This document shows positions 28,933-42,162 of a stretch of 64,000 nucleotides of DNA, piece after piece. The DNA lies in NCBI GenBank assembly GCA_951406725.2, contig OX597815.1, forward strand, positions 142,538,001 through 142,602,000, given 5' to 3'. The notes under the pieces were generated by a model. It did no database searches. It was not told the DNA's origin and saw only the letters and a program-made list of their open reading frames with translations. Each line of letters opens with the position of its first letter. Position 1 is the first letter of the stretch. Both the position numbers and the translations under genes were made by a program. The stretch is from Octopus vulgaris (taxonomy: Eukaryota).

Positions 28933-29270
28933 TTCACATTGTCGTGAAGCTACTGTTTATACGTCGTCCAGAGATTTATTTTTGCTTGTTTGTTTACACT
29001 TTTTCGAGATCAGTGACTTTGCGTCACTGGAAAGAGGAATACATGTATTTGCATTGGGACACCTTCGCATCGAAGACCGGTGATTGTCGTGCACTGACGA
29101 CGGATAAATACTCAGAAACTCGGGGCCATTCGTATCACGTCAGGTCGACGATGGGAAGGACGGCTTCCCTTCGCAAATACTGATAGGGCACAGAAAGTGT
29201 GTCAATAGCCAGCTGGAGAAGATGTTCTCCTGGGGCTACAAGCTACAGTAGGTACCATCCTTAGTCATTG
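28932..29270 (+). other. multi-hairpin non-coding cassette with a degenerate hammerhead (CTGACGA at 29094), flanked by TA-rich repeats
   Basis: Hairpins CTTCAC/GTGAAG, CAGTGAC/GTCACTG, CTTCG/CGAAG, GGGAAG/CTTCCC and TAGCC..GGAGAA/TTCTCC..GGCTA; motif CTGACGA...GAAA-CTCGGG. Confidence 0.5.
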
Positions 29271-29364
29271 TATACACATACATACATATATATATGTTAA
29301 ATAGAATATGATAACAAGGCCAAGTGAATTTCATATTTCTAGGACATTTATAAATAGATAAGTG

Positions 29365-29412
29365 GTCTTACAGATGTTTCAGAGAAATAAATGATAACCC
29401 ATCTTAAGAGAC
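29365..29412 (-). ncRNA. degenerate type I hammerhead motif
   Basis: Minus: GTCT-CTTAAGA-(decayed stem II)-GAAA-CATCTG-TA-AGAC. Confidence 0.5.
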
Positions 29413-29558
29413 GAGATATACAAGAAATTAGATATGATGCAGAAAGCATAAAAAGGAAAATATTAAAATAAAAATACATGTTGGATGTTAAAGCTGCTGT
29501 TCCGTTATCGAAGATATGTGCTGTGCAGAACGGGTAAAGAGACTTCTTGTCCATGATA

Positions 29559-29593
<35 letters not shown>

Positions 29594-29604
29594 TTTTTTT
29601 TTTT

Positions 29605-29703
29605 AATATAAATATATGAAAGAATGGAGCTGAACGACGAATTAACAAATAAAGGAATTTTGTTAATTCGTCGTTCAGCTCCATTCTTTCATATATTTAT
29701 ATT
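29605..29703. repeat. perfect 45-bp inverted repeat with 9-nt spacer
   Basis: aatataaatatatgaaagaatggagctgaacgacgaattaacaaa (29605-29649), spacer taaaggaat, then the exact reverse complement (29659-29703). Confidence 0.95.
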
Positions 29704-29851
29704 TTTAAAATAAACATACAAATTTCCACACGAAAGCACGTAATCCATGCCTTAGGCACGTAATTTCAACCGTGTTTTTTCTGATGTGAATTTGCTACCC
29801 AGGTACCGGTTAATTCGAATTATCCTTAATAAGATAATTCATTCAACTACT

Positions 29852-29904
<53 letters not shown>

Positions 29905-30348
29905 TGAAACAATTCTTTCATCTTTCAAAAAGTATCCTTAACAAACAACAAAAGAGAACACGTATCCCTTGTCTGTAGATTTTAAAATGAACTCTGAGCG
30001 AAAGAGAGTCGAAGAGTTATTTTCTCGCAAAGGGAGTTGTCGCTTTGCCTCAGCTCTCTACGAGCATGACCTCAAAATGTGAACTTGTACCAAGAGATCG
30101 TTAACTATTTGTATTTGGTTTCAGATGTATTTCTGAAATGAATATCAATAACGTATGTACTTATGCGTATGTCCTAGTTAATTTGCGTGTTTTTTGTTTT
30201 TGGTTTTTTTTTCTGTCCTGTGTATGTGCCTATGTATGTATGTGTGTGTGTGTTTGTGTGTGTGCGCGTACTCATGTATGTGTGAACATTCACCATTTAA
30301 AAAACAAGGCGTGTGAGAGATCGCGTGTGTTTGTGGTAATATGTGATC

Positions 30349-30391
<43 letters not shown>

Positions 30392-30917
30392 AACATCAAC
30401 AGTTGATTGTTTCCTTCCTTCTCTTCAAATAAAATGCTCTCACTGTCTCTCCAACGTCGTTTGCTGTTTCAAATTCAACTTCCCTTCGACAGCATGACTG
30501 CGAAGTAAAACATTTAATTTTTTTTATATGTGCGTGTGTTGAGTGCATGCATTTGTTTGTTTATGTATATATAGTTATATACATAGGCACACATACAAGT
30601 TTGCACATATTCTTGGATACATTTAAAACAATCATATATACACATTTTGTAGTTGACTATTACACTATTTTTAAAACAGAAAATATTCCCATCCTCACGT
30701 TTTGTATTATTTCATTTGCTTATCAGTGCAATACCACAATTAGGATATAGCAATTTTTCCTCTACTTGACAGCAAATTGCAACCACCCACCTATTTTTAA
30801 AACGAAAACTTTATTGATTTTAATCCAAATTGTCATAAATATTGTATATGTTATATAGCTCTATCATAAACGAAACTAGTATTAGCTATGTTCGGTTAAT
30901 GCACAACACATCTAACA

Positions 30918-30954
<37 letters not shown>

Positions 30955-30956
30955 TA

Positions 30957-31330
30957 TAGGCGTAGGCATTGCTTCCCAACCATGTAGCACCGGGTTCAAC
31001 CCCACTTTGTGGCACCTTGGGCAACTATCTTCCACCCTAGTCTTGGGCAGACCAAAGCCTTCTGATTGGATCTGGTAGACCGAACGAAGCCTGTTGTATG
31101 TATATGTATGTGTGCGCGTGCGTTTATGTGTGTATATGTGTTACTGTGTTAATCCCACCACCATCGCTTGACAACCTATGTTGATGTGTTTACGTCCCTG
31201 TAACTTAGCGTTTCGGATGACTAAGTACTAGGCTTACAAAGAGTAAGTCCTGGGGTCGACTTGTTCGACTAAAGGCGTTGCTCCAGCATGGCCGCAGTCA
31301 AATGACTGAAACAAGTAAAAGAATAAAAGA
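30957..31330 (+). mobile_element. SINE family B
   Basis: gggttcaacccc..ggcaccttgggcaa...(TG)n...catcgcttgacaacc...ctggggtcgacttgttcgactaaaggcg...aaatgactgaaac. Confidence 0.85.
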
Positions 31331-31429
31331 ATATATATGTGCGTCTGTATGTATGTATGTTGTATGTATGTTGTATGTATGCATGGATGGATGGATTGTG
31401 AATGTATGTATGTATGTATACATCTATTT

Positions 31430-32148
31430 TTAATTATCATAAATCTTCCATTGGGGAGGTAGCCGGTTTCCAACAAAGATACAAGGATCTATCTTCGATA
31501 TGTAGCTAACACAAACAAATTATCAATTGGAGCAAGAGAAGAGTCTTGCACATATATTTACTGTTCCACTCACAGATTACACTTGTACGAATTAGACGGT
31601 TGATTTCTCTTCCTGAAAATCCCATTTTATCCAGATTCTCGTTTAATCATTTACTAACAAAACCTAGCGCTACGAGTATTATTGGGATGAATATGAATTC
31701 ATAGTCTTGATATAGAAGCTGGAGGTTTCGAAGCAGTTGTCCATATATATCCTCGTATTCTTTGATTTTTAAAGAGATATTTAAAACTGCAGGGCAGCTA
31801 ACCTCTATGAAGGTACATATCTTTGCCCAACGACAATATCCAGCCTGTTATGTTTGCATTTGACAAAGGTTTTGATGCAAATATCCCATCAGTATTCCTT
31901 GAGTTGGTGTTTGTGAATATATTCCATAACAGTGTGATTTTTTATGTTTACTACAGGACAGTCTTTCTTGCAGATAACATTGTAAATTGTTTTAGCGACA
32001 ACATCGTGCCGTATAGGGAGGTAATATCGTGACGACATTTTAGGACGGTTGCTAATCGCAAGCGATATGTCTTCCACAGAAACACGACATAGCCTATACA
32101 TGCGGAGCATCTTTGGATTATAAGAGCGTCACTGACTCTCTTGTTCAC
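31430..32148 (-). mobile_element. R4/Dong-clade LINE 3' fragment (CCHC knuckle and RLE endonuclease)
   Basis: RLCRVSVEDISL..SN.P.MSSRYYLPIRHDVVAK...WDICIKT..KCKHNRLDIV...IEVSCPA..NISLKIKE..D.YG.LLRNLQLLY..YEFIFIPII. Confidence 0.88.
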
Positions 32149-32362
32149 AATGTATGCATGTATGCATGTATGTATGTATAGGTAGGTAGGTAGGTAGGTA
32201 TGCATGTATGTATGTATGTATGTATATATGTAGGTAGGTAGGTAGGTAGGTATGTATGTATGTATGTAGGTAGGTAGGTAGGTAGGTAGGTAGGTAGGTA
32301 GGTAGGTAGGTAGGTAGGTAGGTAGGTAGGTAGGTGTGCGTGCGTGCGTGCGTGCGTGTGTG
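32149..32362. repeat. (TATG)n/(TAGG)n/(CGTG)n microsatellite
   Basis: Directly visible. Confidence 0.95.
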
Positions 32363-32661
32363 TATTGGGGATGTCATAGGAATTATAAAATGTTCGAGAT
32401 GCGAGCTCATGTCACACGCTTAGCGCCCAGAGTTTTCTATCGGAAATAGGTTTTCGACTACGTATTTACACGTTTTTATAGCTTTATATATGCTTTGACA
32501 TCCAGTTCCCCAAAAGAAATTATATGTATATACATATGTGTGTGTATGTGTATATATATATATATATATTTATGGCTTGGGTTAACCCATCATTTTTCAG
32601 TCATTTATTTATATTTATAAATTGTTGTTTCAAATCGGAGAATAACATATTATATGCTATT

Positions 32662-32703
<42 letters not shown>

Positions 32704-32815
32704 GCCCGTTCAACAAACTCAGACTTTGTTTCAGGAGATACCCCTTATAAAAATCATCTGAAGCGATTCGTCTGCACCAATGGTTGCACCACATGAAGTA
32801 GTATCCTTGTTCAGT

Positions 32816-32866
32816 ATCTAACCAGCGACGGATCAATGCAAGATCCGTCGAAACGATCGTTGTAGG
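32816..32866 (+). ncRNA. hammerhead relic (stem II, GAAA and palindromic stem III kept; CUGANGA lost)
   Basis: GACGGATC aatgcaa GATCCGTC-GAAA-CGATCG-TT. Confidence 0.45.
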
Positions 32867-33119
32867 CAAATATAATTTATCGTGTATTCCATTTTTCATC
32901 TCTATCATTCCTATGGAAATCCTGAGGTAGATCCAGCAACAGTCGCATGAGTTCCGTGAATGACTTCAGGTAGCCATATGTAGTGAATGTACTTCATCGG
33001 CTTACTACTGGGAACATTCAAATATTTACTTTTTAATTTGCAATAAATTTTGACACGAGCACCTCCTTGATAGGAAGATTGTGATGGAAAGCTTCTTGTT
33101 TTCTACGTCACACTTTAAC

Positions 33120-33390
33120 TCTGAAGAAGGTCTTTCATTGTCCCAAATATCGTGATCATTCGTAGTGTATGAATTAAGGAGTTGCCTTATCTCTCGCAAA
33201 ACCCAAGTTCAGCACACCTTGCTCCAGGCGTGTTGTTATATATGCTGCTGCCCCAATAAAATTAGTTATGAAGCTAAAAGCGTTTCTTGGATAATGAGTT
33301 TGCAAACGCTTTGTCAATGGTTGAACGATATCCTTTTTTTCTTGTACTTTCCTCACCATATGCATGTTGATAGGGCAGCTGATTACAGAA
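33120..33390 (-). mobile_element. second, diverged R4/Dong RLE C-terminal fragment
   Basis: ISCPINMHMVRKVQEKKDIVQPLTKRLQTHYPRNAFSFITNFIGAAAYITTRLEQGVLNLGF, alignable with the C-terminus of the 31430-32148 element. Confidence 0.7.
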
Positions 33391-35782
33391 CAGAATATAT
33401 ATTTTCCTTGTGTTACTATATCTATATATATATGAATGCGTATATGTATGTACGTACGTGCGTACCTATGTATGTATGTATGCATGCATGCATGTATGTG
33501 TATGTGCATGATTGTGTCTATGTGCATGTATATGTAAAGGTTGTGGTTGAGTAGTGATGCGCTTGTAAATATGCGTATTTTTCTCTTCTATGTATACATA
33601 CGGATACGCACATGTTTTCCAGCTACATGAATAATAAATATATTTGGAATAGAGAAGGTGAATGAAAAGCGTATATACCAGATGATGGGACACGTTCGTA
33701 GACACGTACACGATTACTGATATGCGCATATATATATATAAGTGTGTGTGTTTGCATGTCTGCATTAAGGCAGTGAGGAGGGACATGGAAAGAATTACAC
33801 CGATATTGTATTTATCAGAGAGTGAAGAATGACCAAGAGGGGGAACAGTTTCTATATCCGTTGCGTATACAAATATACGCTTGTATTTAATTTCATTCCA
33901 CGTCCTAATACTATTTATATAATCCTATCGAACACATTGGTCGCCCATTTATGATCTATTGCCCTATATTTGTCATATGTAAACCATAGAGCACTACACG
34001 TGTGAACACTAATATTTTGTGTAATCATATTTTTGTTTAATGGTCTCGTGCAACATTACACTCATAGATACACCCGAATACCTTAAGTAAAAATGATTCC
34101 TATCTGACAAATATCTGACAAAGTATGCTGGCTGAAACTGCATCGACTGTGATATCTATAAAGAACCACAGTCTATTGGTTATAACCAGCAAACATATAA
34201 AAAAAAATATACTAAACCCGCTCCTTTCCACTTCTTCAGTATATTTTATTGATTCTTCTGAGAAATGTTTCAAATGAATAATTTTCGTATGGAATGTTAC
34301 ATTTTTGCGATCAGACTGTCGTGATGTGTTTTAATTGCTTCTGAATAGAGTATTAAAGACTGCCAAATCTATGAGGTAAATATATGTTTATAGCATAAAG
34401 TTAGAAACCATAGGAGAACAGAAAAGTTATCATTTACAAACGTATATCTACATGGATATACAATTCGTCTTATCAACCAACAGAAGAATTGCTTTGGTAA
34501 ATAAAATTTTAGCTGTCAGGTTCGTATTTTTGTTTTCCATTTTAGTTTTTCCTTCATACCCTCCAGTGTATATAATGCCTGTCAGCAATGTCTAAACCAA
34601 TCTGCGTTTGTTAATGCATATGTGTGAGTAAGAGTGGATGTGCAACGCATGTATGTCTGTAAGTATATGTGTTTGCCTGAGTAAAACAGCAGATTAGCAG
34701 ATTCCTTAGGGCATCGGATAGAATGCCTTCTAAAATCTTTTCAAGTATGACAGATACAGAGTTCATTTTCCTTGTGCTCTAACTTTTCATTCTTTTTGGA
34801 TAGATAAATAATAGACCAGTCCACATTGATGTATTTATAGAATTGTTGGATCATTAAGGGAACCCTTCTGGTACCTGAATTCGACACTTTCCTTCACATA
34901 AACACACCTGAAATATCAATAGGCCCAACTTTTCTAAACCTTTTCATTTCACTTCAAGGGTGTCAATGACGCGCAGAACCAGGACCTGCATGCAAGGACA
35001 AGAACCACGTTTATACTCATAGTCTAATGAAAATATACGGATGGCTTGGAATGTGTGGGTATCTGAGTGTATGTATGAATGTTTCACTGAGAATGTGTGT
35101 CGGTGTTGGATATATCGTCAAGCATCTGTTCAATTTTCTTCAGTATACACTGGCTTATTTATCCTACATAGTGTGAACATTCAGTGGTGAAATATTTTCC
35201 GCTTTCAGAAAGAATATCGTCCTTATAACGTTGCCTGCTGCTGTTTCATTCCGGGTCAACTCAACAGTCCTACAAGGGAAGGCATTACAGCTGCGAAGAC
35301 TCGGTATTTTAACCAGAGATACTAGCTTCTCTATATCCAAAGTCATTCCTTGCTAAGGCAGATGGATAAGTTTTGAAGTAAATTTGGCTGATATTTTAAG
35401 CAGGATGATCGATGTTAAAGGAGAATTTTCGTTCACGTCTGGGTGTGTATTTGTGTATGTTTATATGTATGAATGAGCGTATGCCTATATGAATAAGAGT
35501 TTGTGTATACGAATTTGGTGTATGCGTTTGGGTACGGTATATAAATGCTTATGTGTATTCGTATGTCTTTGTCTATGTGTATATATGTACCTTCATGTAT
35601 ATATTTAGGTATTTGTGAATGTGCGCTTATGTGTACCTGTGAATGTGTCGGTATGTGTGAGTACGTGTATATGTATGTGAGTTCATAAATATGTTTGTAT
35701 GTGAGATTGAGTGTGCTTGTGTATATATGTGTGTGCAAGAATGTGTGCATACGCATGGTTGTAGGTGTATATAGGCATACCT

Positions 35783-36007
35783 ATTTCCTTATTACCCACA
35801 AGGGGCTAAACATAGAGGGGACAATCAAGGACAGATATAGGTATTAAGTCGATTACATCGACTCCAGTGCGGAACTGGTACTTAATTTATCGACCCCGAA
35901 AGGATGAAAGGCAAAGTCAACCTCGGCAGAATTTGAACTCACAACGTAACGACAGACGAAATACCGCCAAGCATTTCATCCGGCGCGCTAACGTTTCTGC
36001 CAGCTCC
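35783..36007 (-). mobile_element. SINE family A (tail B), followed by a partial family B copy at about 36015-36200
   Basis: ttattacccacaaggggctaaacatagagggg...atcgaccccgaaaggatgaaaggcaaagtcaacctcggcagaatttgaactc...ctgccagctc. Confidence 0.9.
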
Positions 36008-38395
36008 ATCTATTTTGCCTAATCGCTAGGTTATAGAGACGTAAACAAACTAACATCTATATATATATATACAACAGACTTCTTTCAGTTTCCGTCTACC
36101 AAATCCATATACAAGGCTTTGGTCGACCCGAGGTTATAGTAGAAGACACTCAGCCATGGTTCCACGTAGTGGGACTGAACCTAGAATCATGTCGTTGGGA
36201 AAAATTTTGAAATGATAATATAATCCAAAACTTGCATTGTAGCCACACGTTTTCTGTATTGAAGTCGAGGAATTACTTTATTTTTAAACAACACAAGATT
36301 TGCTTGTGTTTAACATGTTTTACTGTAGAACCATAAAATACATGTAATAATGATGGTGCAAATGTTTCACAGATTGTAATGTATAACCATGTGTAAACTT
36401 TCGTATTCTTTCCATAGATTGTTGATGAATACTGGCACTCCGTCGGTTATGACAATGGGTGTTCTCAAAGTTAATGTATAGAGGGCATCAAGATCACCGA
36501 AACATCTGGAAATTAACAAATTTAAGAAGGGCGAGCATTTGTGTCCTAGCTAAAATATCAGAAACTTGTAGAAATATCTAGATCAACGGTAAGATTATGG
36601 TAAGCTAACATTTATATTAATATTTCCTTAATATGGAAATAGCCAAAATTCATGTCTCCCATTTATTTATTTCACATGGAAACTATATTTTAGTAATTCC
36701 TCTGACAAGGAATTTTCGTTTGTATATAAACTCGTTTCCTGCATTACCTTACATGTTCCGGTTGTTTTGCAACAAACATCTTGTGTTTGACTAAGATGCA
36801 TTGTATTATTTGCAGTTAATATCTTCCTCTACTGACTGAAAATGCGAAGAATAAGAGAAATATCTATATTCCCGCTGTGATCTTTTATTAACTTTGAGAA
36901 ATTATATCTTTATTTCTTCAAATCGTTTCCGCTTTTCTTCCATATTCGCTAAGAAGTGCCACTATGTAGCTACATGTGACATATATTATCTTATTAAATG
37001 TTAACTGTCAAATCGCAAATGCTCATATCAAGGAATTAAATACGGTAACAACGTCATTTAAAACAAATGAATACGTTTCCATTGAGATGTTGACGAGACA
37101 CTGCGAAATGGACAGTTAGCAGTCGATCACTTAGTTTAGTGACAGCGAAAGTATAATTGTGATGTGTGCTAAATTTACTCATGCTCAAATCGATTCCAGC
37201 CTGTCGCATTCGGGCTGCTTTTTGTATAAAATATATATTGTTTAATTGAATACAATCTATCATAAACACATCTAAGTAACTAAGTCATAAAAGTAGGACT
37301 TTGTTATATATCAGTTAACTACACTGTCGATCGGGAATGAAGTGGGGTACTTTTATTTTGAGGAATAGTTAGCAAACAGTGTAGAGAACTACCAGGATCC
37401 TTCCCCTTTTATTTTCTGCATATCGAAAGCGAAGAAAGAATATTTACATTCTTAAAGTTCCTCGTCATAGCAACACTTTCCAAATGTCTAAATCTGTGTA
37501 TGTGTTCGTGTATTTGTAATTCACGTTCGAAATGTAATATCTACTTTCTTCGTCCATAGATATTTACATTTCAAAGTGTACATACTTGTGTGTGCATCCG
37601 TGCGCGCGTGTACCTGTATGTGCGCGAACGCTGATCTTTTTGTCCACGCGTGCCTGTGTGCGTGCGTGTGTACATAAGTGCTAAATACAACTGTGTTTAG
37701 ATAATATATATTGTATGTTTTATTTTTGAAAATTTATTATCCGACAAGATTACTTCATCAAGCATTTGAGGACGCTAGAATTTCACAGAATTAATCAAAG
37801 AGCATTCAGATTATATTCGCGAGTTCAAGGCTTTTTGAAACGGTGAATAATTACAAAAGAATCTTCTGTGTTGAAGAAAAAACATTGGGCATAAATTATT
37901 TAGAACAGCTTAGAAACAGCTTGGTGCATTTCAAGTATTTTGGTTTGTTTGCTTTTTACCTGCTTTGTCTATTTTATTTTCCATTTCCTATATCCTGTTT
38001 CAAAGGCTGATTATCTAATGCATTCATGAAACATTTCTGAGAGTTGTCATATCTTCGAAACAAGTCATGTTATATATATTAGGATATGATGCGAAAATGT
38101 TATTCCTTAGCACGTTTTTTCTTGCGTATTACATGAATAAAATCCACGCATAGAATATCACATGAATTAAGATAGTTTTTCATGCAATTCTTTGCTCTGA
38201 AATAATATACTGGCTGATCCAAAACCAATTCATTCAAAGACATGAATTTTAGTATTATTTAACTCTTCTATCTAAGATAAAATGAAAAGCTAAAACAATT
38301 TATGCAGAAATATTTTACTTCTTTATGTGCTTTTTTCTTATTCAAACGAATACATACATACATACATACATACATACATACATACATACATACAT

Positions 38396-38759
38396 ACTCC
38401 GTCGGTTACGACGTCGAGGGTTCCAGATGATCCGATCAACGGAACAGCCTGCTCGTGAAATAAACGTGCAAGTGGCTGAGCACTCCACAGACACATGTAC
38501 CCTTAACGTTGTTCTCGGGGAGATTCATCGTGACACAGACTGTGAGAAGGCTGGCCCTTTGAAATAGAGGTAGAACGAGAACAGGAGGAAAGAGTGAGAG
38601 GAAGTTGTGGTGAAAGAGTTCACTACCCCTCCAAGCCGGAGGCTTGTGGTGCATTAGGTGTTTTCACTCAATAATCACTTACAACACCCGCTCTGGGAAT
38701 CGAAATCGCAATCCTACGACCGGGAGTCCGCTTCCCTAACTACTGGGCCTTTGCGCCTC

Positions 38760-38762
<3 letters not shown>
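38396..38762 (-). mobile_element. tRNA-derived SINE family C
   Basis: Minus head GGAGGCGCAAAGGCCCAGTAGTTAGGG..GATTTCGATTCCC (A and B boxes). A short 3'-end fragment recurs at about 36430-36460. Confidence 0.75.
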
Positions 38763-38821
<59 letters not shown>

Positions 38822-38886
38822 ATGGCAACAAAAGAATGAATGAGACCTTGATATTATGTAGAGAATTTTTTTCTATATCTATCTAG

Positions 38887-38976
<90 letters not shown>

Positions 38977-38986
38977 ATATATATAT

Positions 38987-39601
38987 ATCAAGTGGCCAGC
39001 ATATTAAAATAACCTTAAAGGTGAAAATAATAAACAATTATAAACAAGGGCAACAGAAATATATTTCTATGCCAATATGCTGAGAATAGACTTTAGATCG
39101 TCAATCACCACATTACAATATACATTCGTGCTGAAATCGAGGATGGCAAGCTAATTGATTTTTTTTTAAATTCGTTATCTCTATAATGAATCAATTTCGG
39201 GATTAATCCCACTGATTTTTCCATATTCAGTGGAGGATACGATAAGAAATAAATGAAATACTTGCAAGCACCCATGGAAAGAAGGCAGAAGCAAGAGTCA
39301 TGTGCACACATGAGTACCCTAGTAATATCTAAATGTAAAATCCTTGAGCAGGCAGCAGCACAAGTGTGACTGGTAACGAACCACAATTTTTAGTGGTTAC
39401 CAGTCCCGAAGTGAATGGTAATAAATGTACTTCTAATACAGGAATAATTTTTTTTCGCAAACAAAATTCCATCAAAGTGGCCAGCATGTTATATTTCTTT
39501 TAAAGGTGAAAATTATAAACAATTATAAACAAGGGCAAAAGAAAAAATATTTCTATGCCAATATGCTGAGACTAGACTTTAAATCGACGATTTAAAGTCT
39601 A
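38987..39601. repeat. about 115-bp direct repeat (38987-39104 and 39471-39590) ending in a 29-bp palindrome
   Basis: aagtggccagcat...aaaggtgaaaa..ataaacaattataaacaagggcaa...atatttctatgccaatatgctgaga.tagacttta occurs twice; palindrome tagactttaaatcg-a-cgatttaaagtcta at 39573-39601. Confidence 0.9.
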
Positions 39602-40197
39602 TTTCACTACCGAATCCACCCGATTCGTTATTTTTTCTCTTTACCTGGGTGAGTTGTTGGGTATTGCTGTGTAGGTGATTTTCTTATGGTAGTGAAATAG
39701 TAGTTTAACTGCTATTTCAAACTTCGGTGTGTGGTGAAGCAAATTTTACTGAACCCTAATTATAATTATACTCATAATTATAGAATGTTTATGTGTGTAT
39801 ATATATATATAGAGAGAGAGAGAGGTTAGTTATCATAATAATACTCAGAGATTCAAATACCGGAGCAGAGAGCTTCTAGGCATTTCCATCAGTTATTAAG
39901 ACAAGAACGCTATGAAAAGAACTTTGAATAAAGGGAAGTAAATCTAATAGGCATGAGATTTATAAAAGTAAGTTATAAAATATATAAAAAATTATAAAAC
40001 TACACGCAACCTCATACTCATAAAGATAGAAATCTACATTCATAAAATCTACATAAGTACACATGTATATATACATACATGCACGTACACATATACACAC
40101 ATATACATACATATATAGATATATATAAACACACATATACGCGCATACATATACATTCACACATACGCATATACGTATACATTTCCATGTATGTGTA

Positions 40198-40261
<64 letters not shown>

Positions 40262-40513
40262 TACGTTCATCTTCACATAGAAAAACGTTTACGCTTATCT
40301 TAAACCTTATATGAATAAATATACTCATACAAAAACGTAAACAATACACATTTATGTTATTTGTTTACGTCTTTGTATATATTCATATAATTTCTAAGAA
40401 CAGTGTAAGTCGTTTTCTATGTGAAGATGAAGTTATATATACATATATCCGTATGTCTGCATGTATTTTCATATACATATATATGTATATATACATATAC
40501 ATACATATCAATA

Positions 40514-40585
<72 letters not shown>

Positions 40586-40826
40586 GATGAGAGAGTTGGT
40601 ATGTGAGAGAACGTTGTTGGATGAATAAAAAATTTGAATAGAGTGAAAAAACTACAGAAGACTTGTTATATGGTTAAAGAATATATTTAAGTCGTTGTGT
40701 TAGAAAAACGTTATAAAAGTTTGTGTATAGTAACATAGTTTTTGGAGAAATAACCGTATCGTATTTTCTTTTTAAATTTCTCAAATTTATTTACCTACAT
40801 CGTGTCATGTCTTCGCTATGTGTGTT

Positions 40827-41200
<374 letters not shown>

Positions 41201-41229
41201 GTATATATATATATATATATATATAATTT

Positions 41230-41420
41230 ACGAAAAGAAAAAACGAAAGACGAAGACACGTAGTGTACAAAACAAACAGATATATTAGTATAACATTCAG
41301 GAGTAGAAATAGTCTTTTACATTTCCAGACTACGCTCTTCTACAGAAAGGGACACAGAAAAAGAACAAGGGGGAGAAGAAAAATGTGTGTAGTGGCTAAC
41401 GATCTATCATGGCGACTGAT
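41230..41420 (-). mobile_element. Penelope-like terminal repeat fragment with a degenerate hammerhead (41313-41350)
   Basis: Minus: CTTT-CTGTAGA-AGAGC gtag TCTG-GAAA-TG-TA-AAAG, preceded by a pyrimidine tract. Confidence 0.45.
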
Positions 41421-41884
41421 TGCCGGACAGTATATGCATATGCATGTATATGTATATGCGTATGTGTATGCGTGTAGAGATGTGTATATGAGCATAATAA
41501 TGCGTGTATGAACGCATATATGTGTGTATGTATATGCATGTGTGTATATATGTGTGTGTATATATATATGTATAAATGTATATGTATATACATTTGTGTG
41601 TATGTGTGTACGTGTAGTTATATATATATAGATGAGTACGTATGTATATTTTACGAATAAAGATTTATATCTTTACGAGTATGTGGTTGCGTGTATTTTT
41701 ATAATTTTTTATATATTTTTATATTTTATATCTTTAATTTTTCACGCCTATTAGAATAATTTCCTTTTATTCAACGGTTTTTTATATAGCGTTTTTGTCT
41801 CGATAACTGATGAAATATGCCTAGAAGGTCTCTGGTCCGGTATTGGCAACTCTGAGTATTATTATTACAACTAAATGATTGGCC

Positions 41885-41944
<60 letters not shown>

Positions 41945-42093
41945 AAAGTCAAATGCGATACAATAAAATTAATTATTATCGCTGGTGTTCTAGGACACGC
42001 CATATATTATTCATATATAAGTACATTAAAAGGCGAAGTGTGTACTAGATACACAAAAGCTGGATAAATTTAATGAGATGAAAATTATACAAA

Positions 42094-42162
42094 CTTATAC
42101 TAGTTTCGCCTATTTCAGCAATAAAAATAATATTTATTTACTCAGGTAGGCTCTTCAGTAAG
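42094..42162 (-). ncRNA. minimal type I hammerhead ribozyme with canonical core
   Basis: Minus: CTTA-CTGAAGA-GCCTA(34-nt loop)TAGGC-GAAA-CTAG-TA-TAAG. All conserved core nucleotides present, GUA cleavage triplet, palindromic stem III. Confidence 0.8.
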
